Below the pieces are notes generated by a model that did not search any database, was not told the DNA's origin, and saw only the letters and a list, made by a program, of their open reading frames with translations. Both the position numbers and the translations under genes were made by a program. A stretch of 64,000 nt of DNA from Botryllus schlosseri (taxonomy: Eukaryota). The stretch is from NCBI GenBank assembly GCA_051294905.1, contig CM119371.1, positions 13,580,001-13,644,000 on the forward strand. The letters run 5' to 3'. Below, piece by piece: positions 48,901 through 63,500 of this stretch (positions are counted from its first letter, which is position 1; every line of letters starts with the position of its first letter).

Positions 48901-50382
48901 ATATTATAACTTTCACCGCTGCGCACTTGCAGACGTAGTACTATATCGCTTCACGACAACGTTTCAAACAACTTATATCGACGGAAGTGCGTTTTCCTTG
49001 TTGGAAAGTTAAAAAAAAATTGCTGCCGTGCTTAGTATCAAGTGTTGCTGTATCCAGATTCCGAAAATACCTATAATGTTGCCTAAAATTGCCCGGTGCG
49101 TGAATTTGCATAGTATTCAACATCGGAAAAGTGCTGTGCAGATCACGGACTCCTTACGCGTGGGATTTATTATGTTGAATTATAGGCTACCTCTGACATT
49201 TGACTTGTTCGCTCATGAATGGTTTAATGTGCGGATGTCGTTATTGGTCTCGTGATGCCGATATAATCAGACTCACTGCGAGGTTTAAGTTGAGGTGAAC
49301 ATATGAAAGACGCAAATGAGAATTGGGACTCATAAATCCATGTTCATCATATCTTTTACTTCGGTCGTTTGGTGTCAAGTTACTATATAACTAAGTATCA
49401 GGCACTGGGCTGTTAAGCAGGATTGAATAATAAATTGCTGAGGCTCCGGCGCCCTCTTTTACCATAAATTAGCTTCATCTCCATCTGCAGATTCAGGCTT
49501 CAGCGCTAATTGATATCACTGGTCCACCTCCAGCTCCGACTCTGGCCAGCCAGTGGTTGATACCACCGGTTGCAGTATGGAGTATGTCATGCGCCATATT
49601 TGCAGCTATGAAGATGTGACTGCTGTGGTGTCAAATCCACACCAAAGAGGCAACAAATTCTAGTTTCGCAAAGGGTTGCTGTTAATTTATGTGAATTCGG
49701 ACAGTAGTAGCCTATAGCTGCACAACATCGTATGAAAAGCATCGGAACTATTTTTAAACAGGTAGTTCTAGCTCCGGCTCCGGCAACATGATAATTTAGC
49801 TCATGACAGGACAAAAGTGGGCAAACGTTTTTGTTCAGGGGCCTTGTTCAGAATCTGAAACTATTCGCGCGACGCACTGTAGCAGAGATTGCTAACCTGT
49901 GACCACATCTGGCGCCAGTCCAACCAGTAGAAGTCGATTCTGACCAAAATGAAATTTCAGTCATTTTTGAAAAAAATTGTATTTTGTCACTTCGACATGA
50001 CCCAAACTCGTGTTAAAGGCATGCCTGAAAGAAGGATGATGCTTTTCCCATGCACTTCCGTCTTGAAACAGGCCTGTGATAGAGTTTGGACTTTGGATAA
50101 CGTCATCGCCATTTAATGAAGAAATATGACACTGATTATCTGGAAATTACTCAACTTCATTGATGTAGACCTGTTTGGTGGTATACTTCCAAAATAAGAT
50201 ACATATTCACTATGAAATCATCGATCACGAAAAAAAAATGAACAGCAACAAGCAGGTAAAATACGGGTTGATGTATTTCTCAAGTGATAGTCAATATCTG
50301 GATGTATGTATTGCTGTGCCAATGTAGATTTCACGAAATCCAACCGAAACTTTGTGGCTGTAATTTTCACAATACATTATGA

Positions 50383-53134
50383 CAGTGCTTTTCAACCTGT
50401 GTGACGGTTCGCACTGGTGCGAATGAAAAAAATTGCAGTGCGAATGACGAAGGTGGTGCGAACGGTGCGAATGAAAATTCCGAATGAGTGCGAATGAAAA
50501 TCGTTAATAATTGTTAATTTTTCTGACATGGTATAATTCAAATAAACCTAATAGAAAAGGCAAGGGCCGTGTTACTGTTGTATTTGAGACGCAATTGTAG
50601 AAATATGTTTAATTTGACGCACCTCTAATCGTAGCCCTCACAAGCCGTAATGAATTATATAATCATTACGTAATCAAAACCTTGGTTTGGAAGCTGGGGT
50701 AGTTGCAGACATACAGTTATATTTGTTGAATTTATAGCAAAGATCCTGCCATAGTTTTTACATATCCAATTGCACTGAGTTGGATACTGTAGTCAATAAG
50801 CGAGACACGCAGAACATATGGCTAGACCATAAGAATCAGCGGTCCTTCGGTTTGAATTCATGATAAGATTTGTCCGAATTTTTTCTTCTTCTGGAAAACA
50901 CGGACGAAGACCGTTGGGATGAGCTAGTGTAGGGTTGTGCAACAAGCGAGTTCAGGCCTATGAGATTCATTCATTTTGAGGCCAACACCTTCTGCGTCGG
51001 ATCACATGAACGCGTGAAGTTTTGGCCAACATACCGCTGATGAAATGCGGAGCCGCTGATAAAATACGATGCCAAAAACATCAGCGGCGACAAAACCTTG
51101 GCCAAAAATCACCGTCGCTGAAAGGCCAAACCTTTCGATATGGATATGCTCCGTTGTCGGCACGGAATAGTCCCGTTCTTGCAATCTGAGTAGACAGTAG
51201 GCTAGTACAAATCAGTGTTGGGATCAAGTCACTACCTTTGAGTCACGAGTCATCTCGAGTCATTGCAGATTTTGACTCGAGTCAAGTCAAGTCAATCGAT
51301 TTTCAAAGGTGACTCGAGTCAAGTCAAATCACTCGTTTTTTGGAGGTGACTCGAGTCAAGTCGAGTCAAGTCAAGTCAAGTCACGAGTCAAGTTTACAAT
51401 CCAAGTTAAATTGAATTTTTGAAGTACGAGTGATGGTTCAAAGTCAGTATATTTTGCTAGCTGTGTGAAAGACAGATTACTTGATCATTTATCTTGAATG
51501 AAATAACGAATATCCAGTTAAATATACATGCGAAAAGACGTATCCCGCACGCAACGCACACGTAGAACTGCTAATAAAATACGCGAGTAACTGTACAGCT
51601 ACATGATACAGTCAGTTATCATCAGCCAGAATATATAGGGTCTAATGCGAAGCTTCGAGAAGTTGAAACAAATTGATGTGATACAATAGCCTACACTACC
51701 CGTCTAGACACCCCTGAGAATATAAACGCACAAACTATATTCGTCCGATTTAAATCATACAAGAGGGTTGGTGAATGTGTACACTGCGCAACATAAGCAT
51801 TGAACAGTCTAAGAAACAGAGAAACATTGCTATTTACTAGTTCGACGTACTAGTTCGATTTACTGCTACTACTTCGACAACGTAAGCTGTGATCGTTTAG
51901 TTTGCGGTCAATTTATTTGTGACGTAACAATAGAGGATCCATGTAATGAGAATCAGTGAATGACTGGTTGCTCTCACAAGTGACACCGGCGTATTTCGAA
52001 CAATCTGAACATACACAAGATACGGTGATTTAATCGACAGCGTTTACTTGATGACTTGAAATTGACTCGTAAATTTTACTCCGAGTCACGAGTCAATGCA
52101 CATTTTTGAAGCTTCTAGTCAAGTCAAGTCAAGTCATTTATCCAAAGTGACTCGAGTCAAGTCAAGTCAAGTCATACGAAAAAGTTGACTCGAGTCTGAC
52201 TCGAGTCAAGTCATGACTCGAGTCATCCCAACACTGGTACAAATGCGACACGCAGATAAATTTACTGCACCCTAATTTTAAATCGCGTGTGTTAGACATA
52301 TTTTATAGAGCTGTGTTTGGTAGAATTGTGGTGTACGCGTTCTGTATGTCATACGTGCTCGTAAAATCGAAGCATACTACTCTAATACTAAAATTTAATT
52401 CCTTTTCATAGGTGAGGTTCGGGTTGCGAGATGCCACAAAAATTCAGATTTTGGTGGAAGTCTTAAAATCTGCTGAAGCGTATTAAACTGCTATGAATAT
52501 TCAAGTTAGATTGAACTAAAGAGTCGATCTAACAGTATCGTGACTTTGTTTGATCTTCTCATATACTCGCTAGACAGAAAATGGGATATAGAAAATAAAA
52601 CATAACTCATGATGAAGCAACGTTTCATAAGGTAGCGAGCTCTAATATGCCTACTCTCCTTGACAGTATGGAGCTTATTTTCCAAGACATCAGGCACAAG
52701 CCTCAACCCAAGCATGTGGATTTTTCACCTTTTCGACAAACTGGAGCCTCCGGGACCTTTGTGTCATCTTTCAAAAGCGATTTCTGGCAGCAAGCATTTT
52801 TCATTCGCGGAAAACATGCTGTATTTTGGATAGGAGTGCAGAACAGCTCTTACGACCTGGCCATGCAAGCACTATGGTCGGCGTTATTGTACAAAATCTG
52901 CCGAGAAGCGTTTTAGTGAAATAGTTGAAATCAAAACGAGGGAAAAGAGTTGTCTTTTTAATGAGACACTTCATGGCGTAACAGCTATGGTAGCCAATTT
53001 GTTGCACATCCGAATATAATATTCTGATGTATCTTCATCTTCTTTTTGTATGGCAAATTTCGGTAGGCATGTGCGAATGAAATTTATTTTTCAAAAAAAG
53101 CGCGAATGAAGCTCAAAAAGGTTGAAAAGCACTG
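50383..53134 (+). mobile_element. hAT (Buster/Charlie-like) deletion derivative with decayed transposase
   Basis: TIR cagtgcttttcaacc / ggttgaaaagcactg. TSD cattatga at 50375-50382 and 53135-53142. The FWIGV..SYDLAMQAL..Y.IC.EAF..EIVEIKT remnant (about 52825-52940) resembles the Buster C-terminus. Confidence 0.85.
51213..52236. mobile_element. hAT-like MITE, CAAGT family, copy 2 (nested)
   Basis: cagtgttgggat / atcccaacactg. TSD gtacaaat at 51205-51212 and 52237-52244. Confidence 0.95.
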
Positions 53135-54748
53135 CATTATGATATTACGATAGTATATTATCTGGATTTTCAGCACTCCTATATTCCTCACTCACACGAA
53201 TTATTACTGATGGATGTGGTTTTAGACCAGGGATGGGCACACTTTTTTACTCGTGGGCTGCACTATATAAAATTGGGATACGGAGCCAAAATTCAATAAT
53301 TTTATTTGATTATATAGTGACCGACGACATGTAAATAATATATATGTATTTGTATGTTTAAAACAAAACAAAAATTGATTTGATGACAACGTACACGGGA
53401 CAGAAACAGTGACAATAATTTATAAGCTAGTCGTCTTCATTGTCAAAATTAGGGATGAACTGCGAGGAGCTCGATTCACTCTTTCCTGCGTTTTTCACCA
53501 GATAGGGTTGCTGGTGTTACTGCCTGCTGCAGGGGTGGGCAATTATTTTCTTCCGTTGGCCAAATGAGAAGTAAAAAATTTTTTACCTATATTCTCCAGT
53601 GTATTTTAATTTTACTTCTAAATTACATTCTTAATAAATTCTGCTCAGGGATTGTGTTGATGTTAAGTAAGAAGAAAGTTGCGGTTAATTAAAAATATCT
53701 ATTTGCTGTCATGATTCGAAACAATGTTAAACATGATACATTTTAACTCTCTTTAAGCCCCTACACGTTCTTCTATCAGGACACTAAAACAGTAGTTCTC
53801 AATTTTTTAGACAAGCCCCCTTTATGATAGTAAAAACATTTGCGCCTAGCCCCCCACCCCGCTATCAAGATATCACAACCAATGTTCCCTCTAAGCTGCG
53901 AGCGTGTGCAATTGCGCAGTGCTCACACGGTCTATGCGCACAGAAAATATAAGCTGCACACAAAAAAGCCGAAGTAATGACCTTTGTTTAGTCGTTACGC
54001 ACTGTTGTCCAAGAGACCGCGCAGTGAGTTGGTGAGTTCGCGCAGACTCGTGAAAAATTAAATTAGAGGGAACATTGATCACAGCATATTAAAAAGAGCA
54101 ACCAGAATGCTAGCAATCCCGACGGATAGTTTGATTGCAGGGAAGGTGTATGGTTTTTGATGACATAATTCTGTAATATCAAAGTCAGGATTGCTTACAC
54201 AAGCAAGGCTTACACAAGGCAATAACGTTACTGTAAGCTGGGAATAAATGGCGCGGAGCGCGAAAAAAAATTCATTCAACTTCAGCTTTGCGCCTCCCTG
54301 CAGATGCTTTCACTGAAATGTACCAAGCTTGTCTTGGTCGCTGCATTCCGAGCAGTGTGCAGCTCAAATAGCCTTGATTTTGAGCAAAGTCTGCAGTTTT
54401 TGTGAAATTCGCCCTCACTTGACCGAGTGTTTCGTGTTTTTGTCATAATTAAAATCCTTAATCTCGGCGACATGATCGGCAGAAACTAAAAGGACGAGTT
54501 TACCCCTAACTCCAGTATACAACTATTTAGTGCTCTAAACCTTCTTTGAATTTCAGCGTTCGGCTTTCTCTTTTTGACATGCCCGTTTATCCTTAATGGG
54601 CGATAGATATGATGAGTCATATAGTCATCGCGACCACTGATTGACTAGTTTTCCGAATTAGGGATTTGGAAACGACTCGCGTAACAATTTGAAACACATA
54701 CCGTATAATGCGTAATGTGACAATGGCAACAAAGAAGGCTCGACACTC

Positions 54749-55684
54749 GGATGGTGTGAACGTGAGTTTCCCGTTCGCGTTCTGTGTGTGAACCACCGAA
54801 ATTTAGAGGTTCGCTTTCACAAACGAACCTTGACAGGTTCTGCACTGTGAACCTTTTTTTATATATTACAATTTTCACTTCATTACAACATCCTTGGTTG
54901 AAATTTATTGCATTTCAACTGCGGGCCAATCTATGCATCGCGCTGGCAACATAAAAATCAACACTAAACGAGCATGCACTGCACATTGACAATCTCGAAA
55001 ATTTTACGTGCTTTGTTACAAAAGTTTGCACGAAATATCCAGCTTTCCGTTTGTGATTATTTAGTGATTCTCTGCTGGGAGATTAACACTCCACACAATA
55101 TCAAGAGCGAATGATGCTTGTTCAACCAATCAATGAAATTGATATCGTTGTCTGATGTAAAATATCTAGCTGGTCTACGGGATCAATCTTGATTTAATAT
55201 GTTTATTGTATCATAAAAACCAAATTCAGGCGATTGGGGTGTTGGTTACTGGTGTATAATTTGTTAATGGGGTAATATAGGTAGCAAGTATAGAAACCCA
55301 TTTTACACGCTGCTCAATATCAACGTAGCAATACTCAGACGCCGAGTGCATTGTCCGGTCAGGCCTGGACCGTGAAGGCGTAAACTTAAATTTCCTTGCA
55401 AAACCTCGTCGAAATTGTTGGGAAAGTGACGAAAGATATTGACTTTATGGGATCATTATATCATTTGATTTCCCCAGTTGATACATTTGGCGACGTTTAA
55501 AACGGCAATATATTAATTCAGCACTGTGGCATTATGTGGCCAGAGTCGTCACTCACATTATTATAGGCTATCACTTCACTGAAATGTAGGGTTGGAATTA
55601 GCAATATGACGGTATGTGACGTCATGAGGTTCACGTTCGCGTTCACACAGAACCTGTACCTTTCGGAGGTTCACACCATCCCTA
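54749..55684. mobile_element. hAT-like MITE, GTGAAC family, copy 4 (opposite orientation, one end clipped)
   Basis: ggatggtgtgaacgtgag...ggttcacaccatcccta. Reverse complement of copies 1-3. Confidence 0.9.
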
Positions 55685-57290
55685 GGAGGCAGCGTAATAG
55701 AGGCATAATAATGAACAGGCTTCAAACAAAACGATTTTCCGGTTTAGTTGTTACAGCCTATGGTTTTAGTTCACGCAGAGACATTCAAAAAGCAGGTTTA
55801 ATATTATGAATTCCAAGCAACCTTTCGCGGGCCGCACAAAATGGCTTCGCAGGCCGCACTTGGTCCAGGTCTGCCCTACTGTCATATAATGTCAATCCCG
55901 ATTGTATCTTTGAGTAGGTATTGGCCGGACTTATGTATCGGGACACATTAATTGACGCACACTGTAATGAATTATATAATAGGCATATTTACTAGAGTTT
56001 ATCTAGGGCACGGGATGTAAAACAATCCTGCAACAACTTATGTTATGTAAATCGGCTTTCACAACCGCTCCCGATAGTGTTCATGAACTAATTGCACCAT
56101 TTTGCGTAGAAGCTACATTGCCGGGGTGAATTAAGGTTCCATTAGCGTGTAGGCCTACCACTGTTTCGCATATTCTTGAATTGGTTTTGAACTCTTCACG
56201 ACAACACCCGTGGGATATATGTTCATATGAGCTTGTACATTTCGATCATTTCAACCAGTATTTTGCAATCCTTTTTAAAACAACGCCCGCTGGGCAACGA
56301 ACAAGGTATCAATCGCACCTTAACTCTTCCCCCCCGACAAAAATTTTTTTGTTTATTGCCATCACAAACGATGTTGTCGCTTATGGCATTTTAAGTTGAT
56401 CCGAATCATTGGCAACACGATACACGTTAATCCCGTCAGTCATAACTTTGTTGAAATTAAATAAGGAAGGGAGAGTCAAGGTCATTTCCATTCCAAGTCC
56501 CTATACTTCGTTGGGCTGAATTGGATACTCTTAACTTCCAAATGCTTGTTGGAACGCATCAAGCATCATATTCCTAGAGTAATAAGATCGACATCGCAGC
56601 CGCTCGATTTCTAAAACCTGGCATATCAATGCAAAAAGGCGTCAAACGGCGCATCATATAACCAAGTAACAGCGTGCAATTCATCCATCGTTCGACATTT
56701 ATTTGAGAACCCGGTTTGCGCCCCACGAGGTACTCTCTGCTCTGTCCTGGGGCAGATCTACATTGCACTTTACAGCATTGCAATCGACTTTCGTTGAACT
56801 GAACAATCCGGTCCTATGTCGACAGAAAGAATATTTGTATAACTTCAAGATTCCCCACTAGCTGCTGTTGTGCAGTTGTTGTGTGTCTTGCTATCAAAAC
56901 ACCGTTTCTTGTTTCTGTGTAATATTCTATTACATTTGCTGCGTTAATTCATTATCATGATATTATCATGTGTCTCACGCTCGCATTACTGTTTTACGCT
57001 ACCTGTTTTTATTTAGCTCAGTGTTTGCTATTGCTATTGTTGGGATCAAATCACTACCTTCGAGTCACGAGTCATTTCGAGTTTTGAACCGACGAACGTT
57101 AAATGCACACGCTGTAGCGCTCACATATACGTAGAACTGCTAACCTACCTAAATAATTTCATAACCTCAGTTTATAGTTACCAGCCAAAATAGAGAATAT
57201 AGAAACGAATTGATAAGATGCAAATACATTACCCACCTACAAATTGATATGGAACAATTCGAGCCTGCGCCAATTAAGAACTATGTAAAC

Positions 57291-59316
57291 CAGTGGTTCC
57301 CAAGTGCGGCCCCCAAAATATATTAGGAACTCGATTAATGACAAAAATAAAATATATATTATAAAATACTCCTGCTTGACTTGACCTCTGTGGTTTTTAA
57401 TTATAGAATTGCAGGAAAGTTGTGATTATAGACTGCTAACGTTATGTCACTGCTGTTTCAATGCAATGTGCCCTAACTTTCCAGTTGAACGAGCAGTAGC
57501 TATATAGATATAAACAGGTATTGATAACTTTCGAAATCGGAGGAAAATCTCTCCCTCGTGGTCGCTTAACTAAAAAAGAAACAGAGGCTCAACTCCCGGA
57601 AAATACAGTTTTTCTTTCACATTAACAGGTGGTTGACTGAAAAAAAAATCCCGGTCCAGCTCCGAAATAGCCGCCGTAGCGTTCCTACATTGCTGACTTA
57701 ATGTATATCAGTCGAATTTGGCCCTATATGTAACCAAAATCCTCAAAGAAGATGACAAAATCTCTAAAAATAAGACATTTGGGCGTCCTCCGAGGACACT
57801 TTAAAAACAATCAAAAAAGAGGACAAATCATCTTAAAAGAGGTCGTATGGTAATTGGTAACCCTATGATAAACTAGATGTGCATCACGTGACTCAGGGTT
57901 GAATACGCCGAGATGCATACTGCTTAGTCGGCTAAAAGCAGCATAATTGGTAGTCCTATATTCAGGGCCGTAACTGCTGCACCCCAAACCCCCCGATTGA
58001 GGGGGCCGAGTTCGAAGGCGGCCCAAAATTATTTCGTGAATTGGCATAAATCATAGAGTATTTTTTGAAAATTTATGCAACTTCTTCAAAAAATTTTTCG
58101 CGCTGGGTGCGATTTCAATTCGCCGCATATCTTGATTATTGGGTACTCTCCCCCAGAAAAAATACGCAAGATTTTATATAAATGGGCATATCAGCGTTGG
58201 CCATGACCGCACCACAACGCACCAAGACATATAAAGTTTTACGCCGTGTAACATGTGACTCCAAGAAGTGTGAACGATCGGCAGCGAGAAAGCCTTGGCC
58301 GTAAAGGACTGCTTTTACGGTGACCAAAAGCTTCGAAATACTAAAAACTTCGTTATATATACAAAATACATATAGGTTTATTTGTCCATATATAGGCACC
58401 TAAATGACTCGCGCCGAATGTTCTTGTCTTGGCAATCTGAACCTCACAAGACAAATACCATCCTGCAGGAAAGAAAATTATATGCCAGTGAAGAAATACC
58501 AATCTGAAATCGTGTGATCTTCCAGTTTAGCAGGTTTGTGCAATTCTAAATTTTTTGATATAGCATACATTAGAATGTCACGAAATAACATCATGTGAAG
58601 AAGTCATACCTAGGGGTCTGCCCACCCGAAGATGTTTAATTTTACGGGGTCTGCAGTTTCAAGACACCTCTCACTCAGCTCTACCAGTAAATCGGATTAC
58701 GTGGGCAAAGAGGACAACCACGCAATTCCCGATCTTATTCATCGATTATATCATGAATTATCGAAATATTCGGGCGTCACGCTGTCTCAATAAACAGTAC
58801 AACTTTAATTTCGTGACAAAAGCGAACAACGTCATGCGGGATCAGTTTATCACCCTATGGGAGCCCGTGGTCCTGACGAAGTGCCGTTACGTTCCTGTCA
58901 ACGGGTATACCCCCGGATATGTTTAATTCCTATTGAGGGGGCCGATACCTTTACAAACACACCTCACTCAGCTCTACCGGTAAATCAGATTACGTGAGCA
59001 TAGACAAGATGAAAATTGATAGCAATTCATGCAATTCCCGATCACATTGATCGATTCAGTCATGAAACTAAAGAAATTTCTCGCGCTTCGCGCGTTTAGT
59101 CGAGAAAAGTTGATTCACTCAACGGACACCCAATGCAGCAGATAAGTAGCGGTAAACAGTGTTCAGTTTTGAAATCTCGCCAGGGCAATAAAACTACTCC
59201 GAAATACCCATGATGACTGTTTGGGTCCGTTTCATAGCCGGAGTATTCGTGCGGCCCCGACCGTACTCTCAAATTCTAAATTTGGCCGTCACACCGAATA
59301 AGTTTGGGAACCACTG
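57291..59316. mobile_element. hAT-like element nested in CAAGT copy 3
   Basis: cagtggttcccaa / ttgggaaccactg. TSD atgtaaac at 57283-57290 and 59317-59324. Confidence 0.9.
57963..59160. mobile_element. Second, inverted and truncated copy of the 29762-32000 element, lacking the pogo-like MITE
   Basis: cagggccgtaactgctgcacccc... is the reverse complement of 32000 backwards and stays colinear to about 29890. Confidence 0.85.
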
Positions 59317-60545
59317 ATGTAAACTATATTCGAATTTAATTTCAATAAAGCAAGAGGTTTGGTTAAGGTCAGAACAGAGAAGAGAAATACACATTTTGCT
59401 ATCAAATTTCTTTACTATACTAGTTTATGACAACGTAAGCTGTAAGCTTCGATCACTTCGTTTTCGGTCATGTTATTTGTGAGAAAACAATGGAGGCTCA
59501 GAAAACGCACGGTCATTGAATGATTTGTCGCTCTCACGGGTCACACCAGCGTTTCGCGAGCCATCCGAACATGTGCAAGATACAGTGATTTTTATCGACA
59601 CGGATTACTTGATGACTTGAAATTGACTCGTGAATTTTGCTCCGAGTCACGAGTCAATCCACATTTCTGATACGCCGAGTCAAGTCATTTTAGCAAAGTG
59701 ACTCGAGTCAAGTCAAGTCATACGAAAAAGGTGACTCGAGTCATCCCAACACTGATTGCTATACGTTGAATTGTTGCTATGTTCTGGCTCCGTTGATGTT
59801 ATTTATAAATCCGGCATTATTGCGCCATAATTCTCCATTTGGTTTTGAATTCAGCTCTATTTTATATCCTTTATCGTTCCGGTAGCTCTAGATAAGTGCC
59901 ATGCGAAACGTTCACGAATTTCAATAAACGTTTATCATGAACGTACTTTTGAAAGCAGTATTCAAATTTTGAACCACCAACCCGTCATTCCCCCATTATG
60001 AAGGCTATCATTACCTGCGCCTAATAGACATTTCTGGTTAATAGTCTGTTCGTTGGAAGATTTAATAGTTAGAAAATTAGATGTTGAAAAGCAATCAACC
60101 TTCGAAGGTAGTTGATAACGATTTCTGTTGAAATGATCCGTAGTCCATATGCGATCGCGAGTAACGTGGAAGCATATTATATATGTATTCGTTTTGCCTT
60201 TCAATCAGTTAAAATTCCGTTAGTGTGCCGATAACTCTTGTAAAGAAGCATCTGAAAAGTCTTCGAGTTTTAATAAATGCTCTATTGCAATTGTTGTTGC
60301 ATTGAAACATATTAATTTATCCGTTTCTATTGCACAAATAGAGCTATTAATTTCCAGATTGTGCAAACGGGTGTATATATAGTTAAAGAACATAACGCTC
60401 CCTTAGACACCCGTGCCTCAAATCGTTCATACTATGAAATCATTATTTGGTGCCAAAACTTACCAGTAGACTACACGACATTCTAGAGTACTATATTTAT
60501 TTTCATGGCAGTGCCTATGTTTCATTCTTCCGCATCCATGACCAC

Positions 60546-63500
60546 TAGGGTTGTTCAGATTTGAAAAATTGTCAGGAAACTTCGACCATTGTGATCCAAA
60601 TGATGGTTTAGTACATAAAAACACTTTTATGAGCTATTATGGTCATCTTCATCGTGATCTTCCTTTTCCGCAAAGCCCCTAAAGATCCTGAGGTCGTTTC
60701 TCCTTACTACAGCTGATACACCAGAGTGTTTACGTTCACGCAGTGCTCCGTAGTGTTGACCGTGTAACCAGTTTGTAGCTTTTGTGAAGTTGTCAGTTGA
60801 AAACGGTTGTGTAGAAATAAGAAAGGGCAAGGTAATATATTTGTTTTCAAAATTGTACTTGAATGCTGACTTATAAATGTCAGATGTATCTCCGTTTTCC
60901 TTTTCAAAATCTGTCTATCGTGTTCATGGGAAGCATGTATTAGTTGCACGGGTAACACTTGTTTGTTATGGATCGTACATCGAGTGAGCGCCGTTGGGTT
61001 GCAAGTTGAGAACAAAGGCACCTAGTTTTTAGCCAGTAAATGCTATTGAAAGGTCTGTAATGTGTAATGTCAGTAATATTTTTCTCAATTTTAGTGTATC
61101 TTTAAAAAAACAAGTTATATCATTTGATGGTATAGTGCAATTTAGTTGAAGAAGAATGTCTGAAGAAAAGCGGAGAAAGGTTGTGTCAGACCCACCAAAA
61201 ACAAGATCAAAGTCGGGTCACTACTTGATCGGATATTCATCTGAGTGTATAAGTCATTCCAAGTTACCGACTCTACGTCAGGTTCTACAGTATTTGCTAT
61301 ATCTGAAAGAAAACTGCCCGAAGACTACCAAAACGCAAGAAGTTCTTCTTCAAACTGTTAAAGAGGTTGCCAAAGTATGGAATATGGCAAGAATACCCAT
61401 GAAACAATTGCAGAACATTGTTTCGATGCTGCGAAAAGTTCATGACACTTGGTATGATCTTAAAAAGAGCAAGGATCGGTCAGGTGATGTTGGGGGGAAG
61501 CGCCAAGCATTTTGTGATAAACTCGATAAGTTGTGGGACATTGGACATTCCGAAGCAATATCACTTATAAAAAATGATTCGCAGTTGTCGCCATCTCAAA
61601 AGAATGAAGACGTCGCATTTTATGAGGACCAACAGCATTCTCGCAGTGCACGACTCGCAGGAAAAGATAAGATCTTTGAAAGAAGCCAGGCACAGATTCC
61701 AACTGAGATCAGTGACGAACCAATTTCAGCATCTGCGAGCACAAGTTCTAGTGATGAATTTGTCACATTAATGTCCTCGTCATCTGGGGAGGAAACCAGT
61801 ACTCCACCCTCTGAATATGATGCTGCAATCAAATATCCATCATTTATTAAACTTCAAGCCCCAAGAAACTTGTTAGATGACAAACATATTAGTGATGTGC
61901 TGGACCGTCTAAAACTGACTGATAACCAAGCAACTATGCTACTTAGTGCTTTCATACAGGCATGCGGAGGGGATATTGACGACTTTGTGCTATCCAGATC
62001 AAGTATAAAGAGACATAGAGAGGCTAATCGCCTTGAGGTTTCGCATGAAATATTTGAATCATTCCAACAAGACCTACCCAATCATGCTGCTATACACTGG
62101 GATGGAAAGTTGACAGAAGACAGATTTGGAACAAGCTATGAAGCATTGGCTATGATATTGTGTTCTTATCCTCAGCATACAGATGGGATGTTACTTGGAA
62201 TTCAGAAGATTGATCATGCAACAGGCGAGATTCAAGCAAAAACTGCATTTCAATTGATATCGGATTGGAATCTGCAGAACTCCATTTCTGCATTGGTATT
62301 TGACACAACATCGAGCAATAGTGGGTGGAAAAAGGGGGCTGCAAAGTTATTGGAAGACCTCATAGGTAAAAAAATGTTGTATCATGCTTGTCGCCATCAT
62401 GTATTGGAGTTGGTAGTAAAGAGTGTTTGGAAATGTATCTTTGGATGTCAAACCACGGGTCCCGAAAATACAGTATTCAACAATTTCAAAAAAAACTGGA
62501 CAAAAATAGACAGAACTGCTCCAACTCGAATTTTGGAAGTCCCAGAGGATTACAGTGAGAGAGCTGCCAATGTCATAGCTCATTTGACACAAGCCTTCAA
62601 CAAAAAAGATTTCTTTACTAGGGATGACTATAAACTCTGCTTCATCAACACCTTAGCTATCTTAGGTGCTCAGTTTCGTGCAAATCATCAAAGGCCGGGT
62701 CCCACTCATCATGCCAGGTGGATGGGAACTATTCTATATTCTCAGAATATGTTCATGTGGGCTGATCAGATGCAATATTCAGAATGTTTCATTCGTCAAC
62801 TGAAACGCATGAACTTGTTTCTAAGTTTATTCTATGTTCCCGCTTGGCTGGATTGCAGCATTGGGCGCGACGCTCCAGGGAACGACTTGCGTTTCATTCA
62901 AGAGATGCACGGATATACAACTACCGACAAAGAGGTTGCTGAATCTGCTTGCAATAAGTTGATGAAACATCCATGGTACATTGTGGAAGAAACTGTGGTT
63001 TATGCCCTATTCTCGGAAAAAGAAAGTTACCATACCAGAAAAAGTATTGCAAGCCGGCTACTGGAAGTTGAAAAACCGCAAACCTATCGACGGGGACCAC
63101 CTGTTTTCTCGTCGGAGAGGACTATAGACGGGAGCACCACTTTGGCTGATTTAGTGGGCCCTCAGTCATGGCATTTGTTCATCGAATTTAAGTGTTCTGG
63201 AGAATGGTTGAATCAGCCTGTGAAACAATGGCCTGAGTATGAATCATACAAGATCATGAGTCGTTTTGTTAGTACTGTTAAAGTCGTGAACGACGCTGCG
63301 GAACGAGGAGTCAAACTCAACACCGACTATGCTGCTATCATCACAGATGATGAACTTCAGAAGAAAAGTTTGCTGCAAGTTGTTGCGCAACACCGCCAGA
63401 AGTATCAGAGCTTCAAAAAATCTGCACTAAAATTCATTTAAGCCCTGCCTAAAACTTGCTTAAGTGACTGGAGCATGCCGCGATCCATTTTTTTTGGTTT

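Larger units (their letters stand above)
57038..59754. mobile_element. hAT-like MITE, CAAGT family, copy 3 (host of nested insertions)
   Basis: tgttgggatcaaatcactacc...atcccaacactg. TSD attgctat at 57030-57037 and 59755-59762. Confidence 0.85.
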
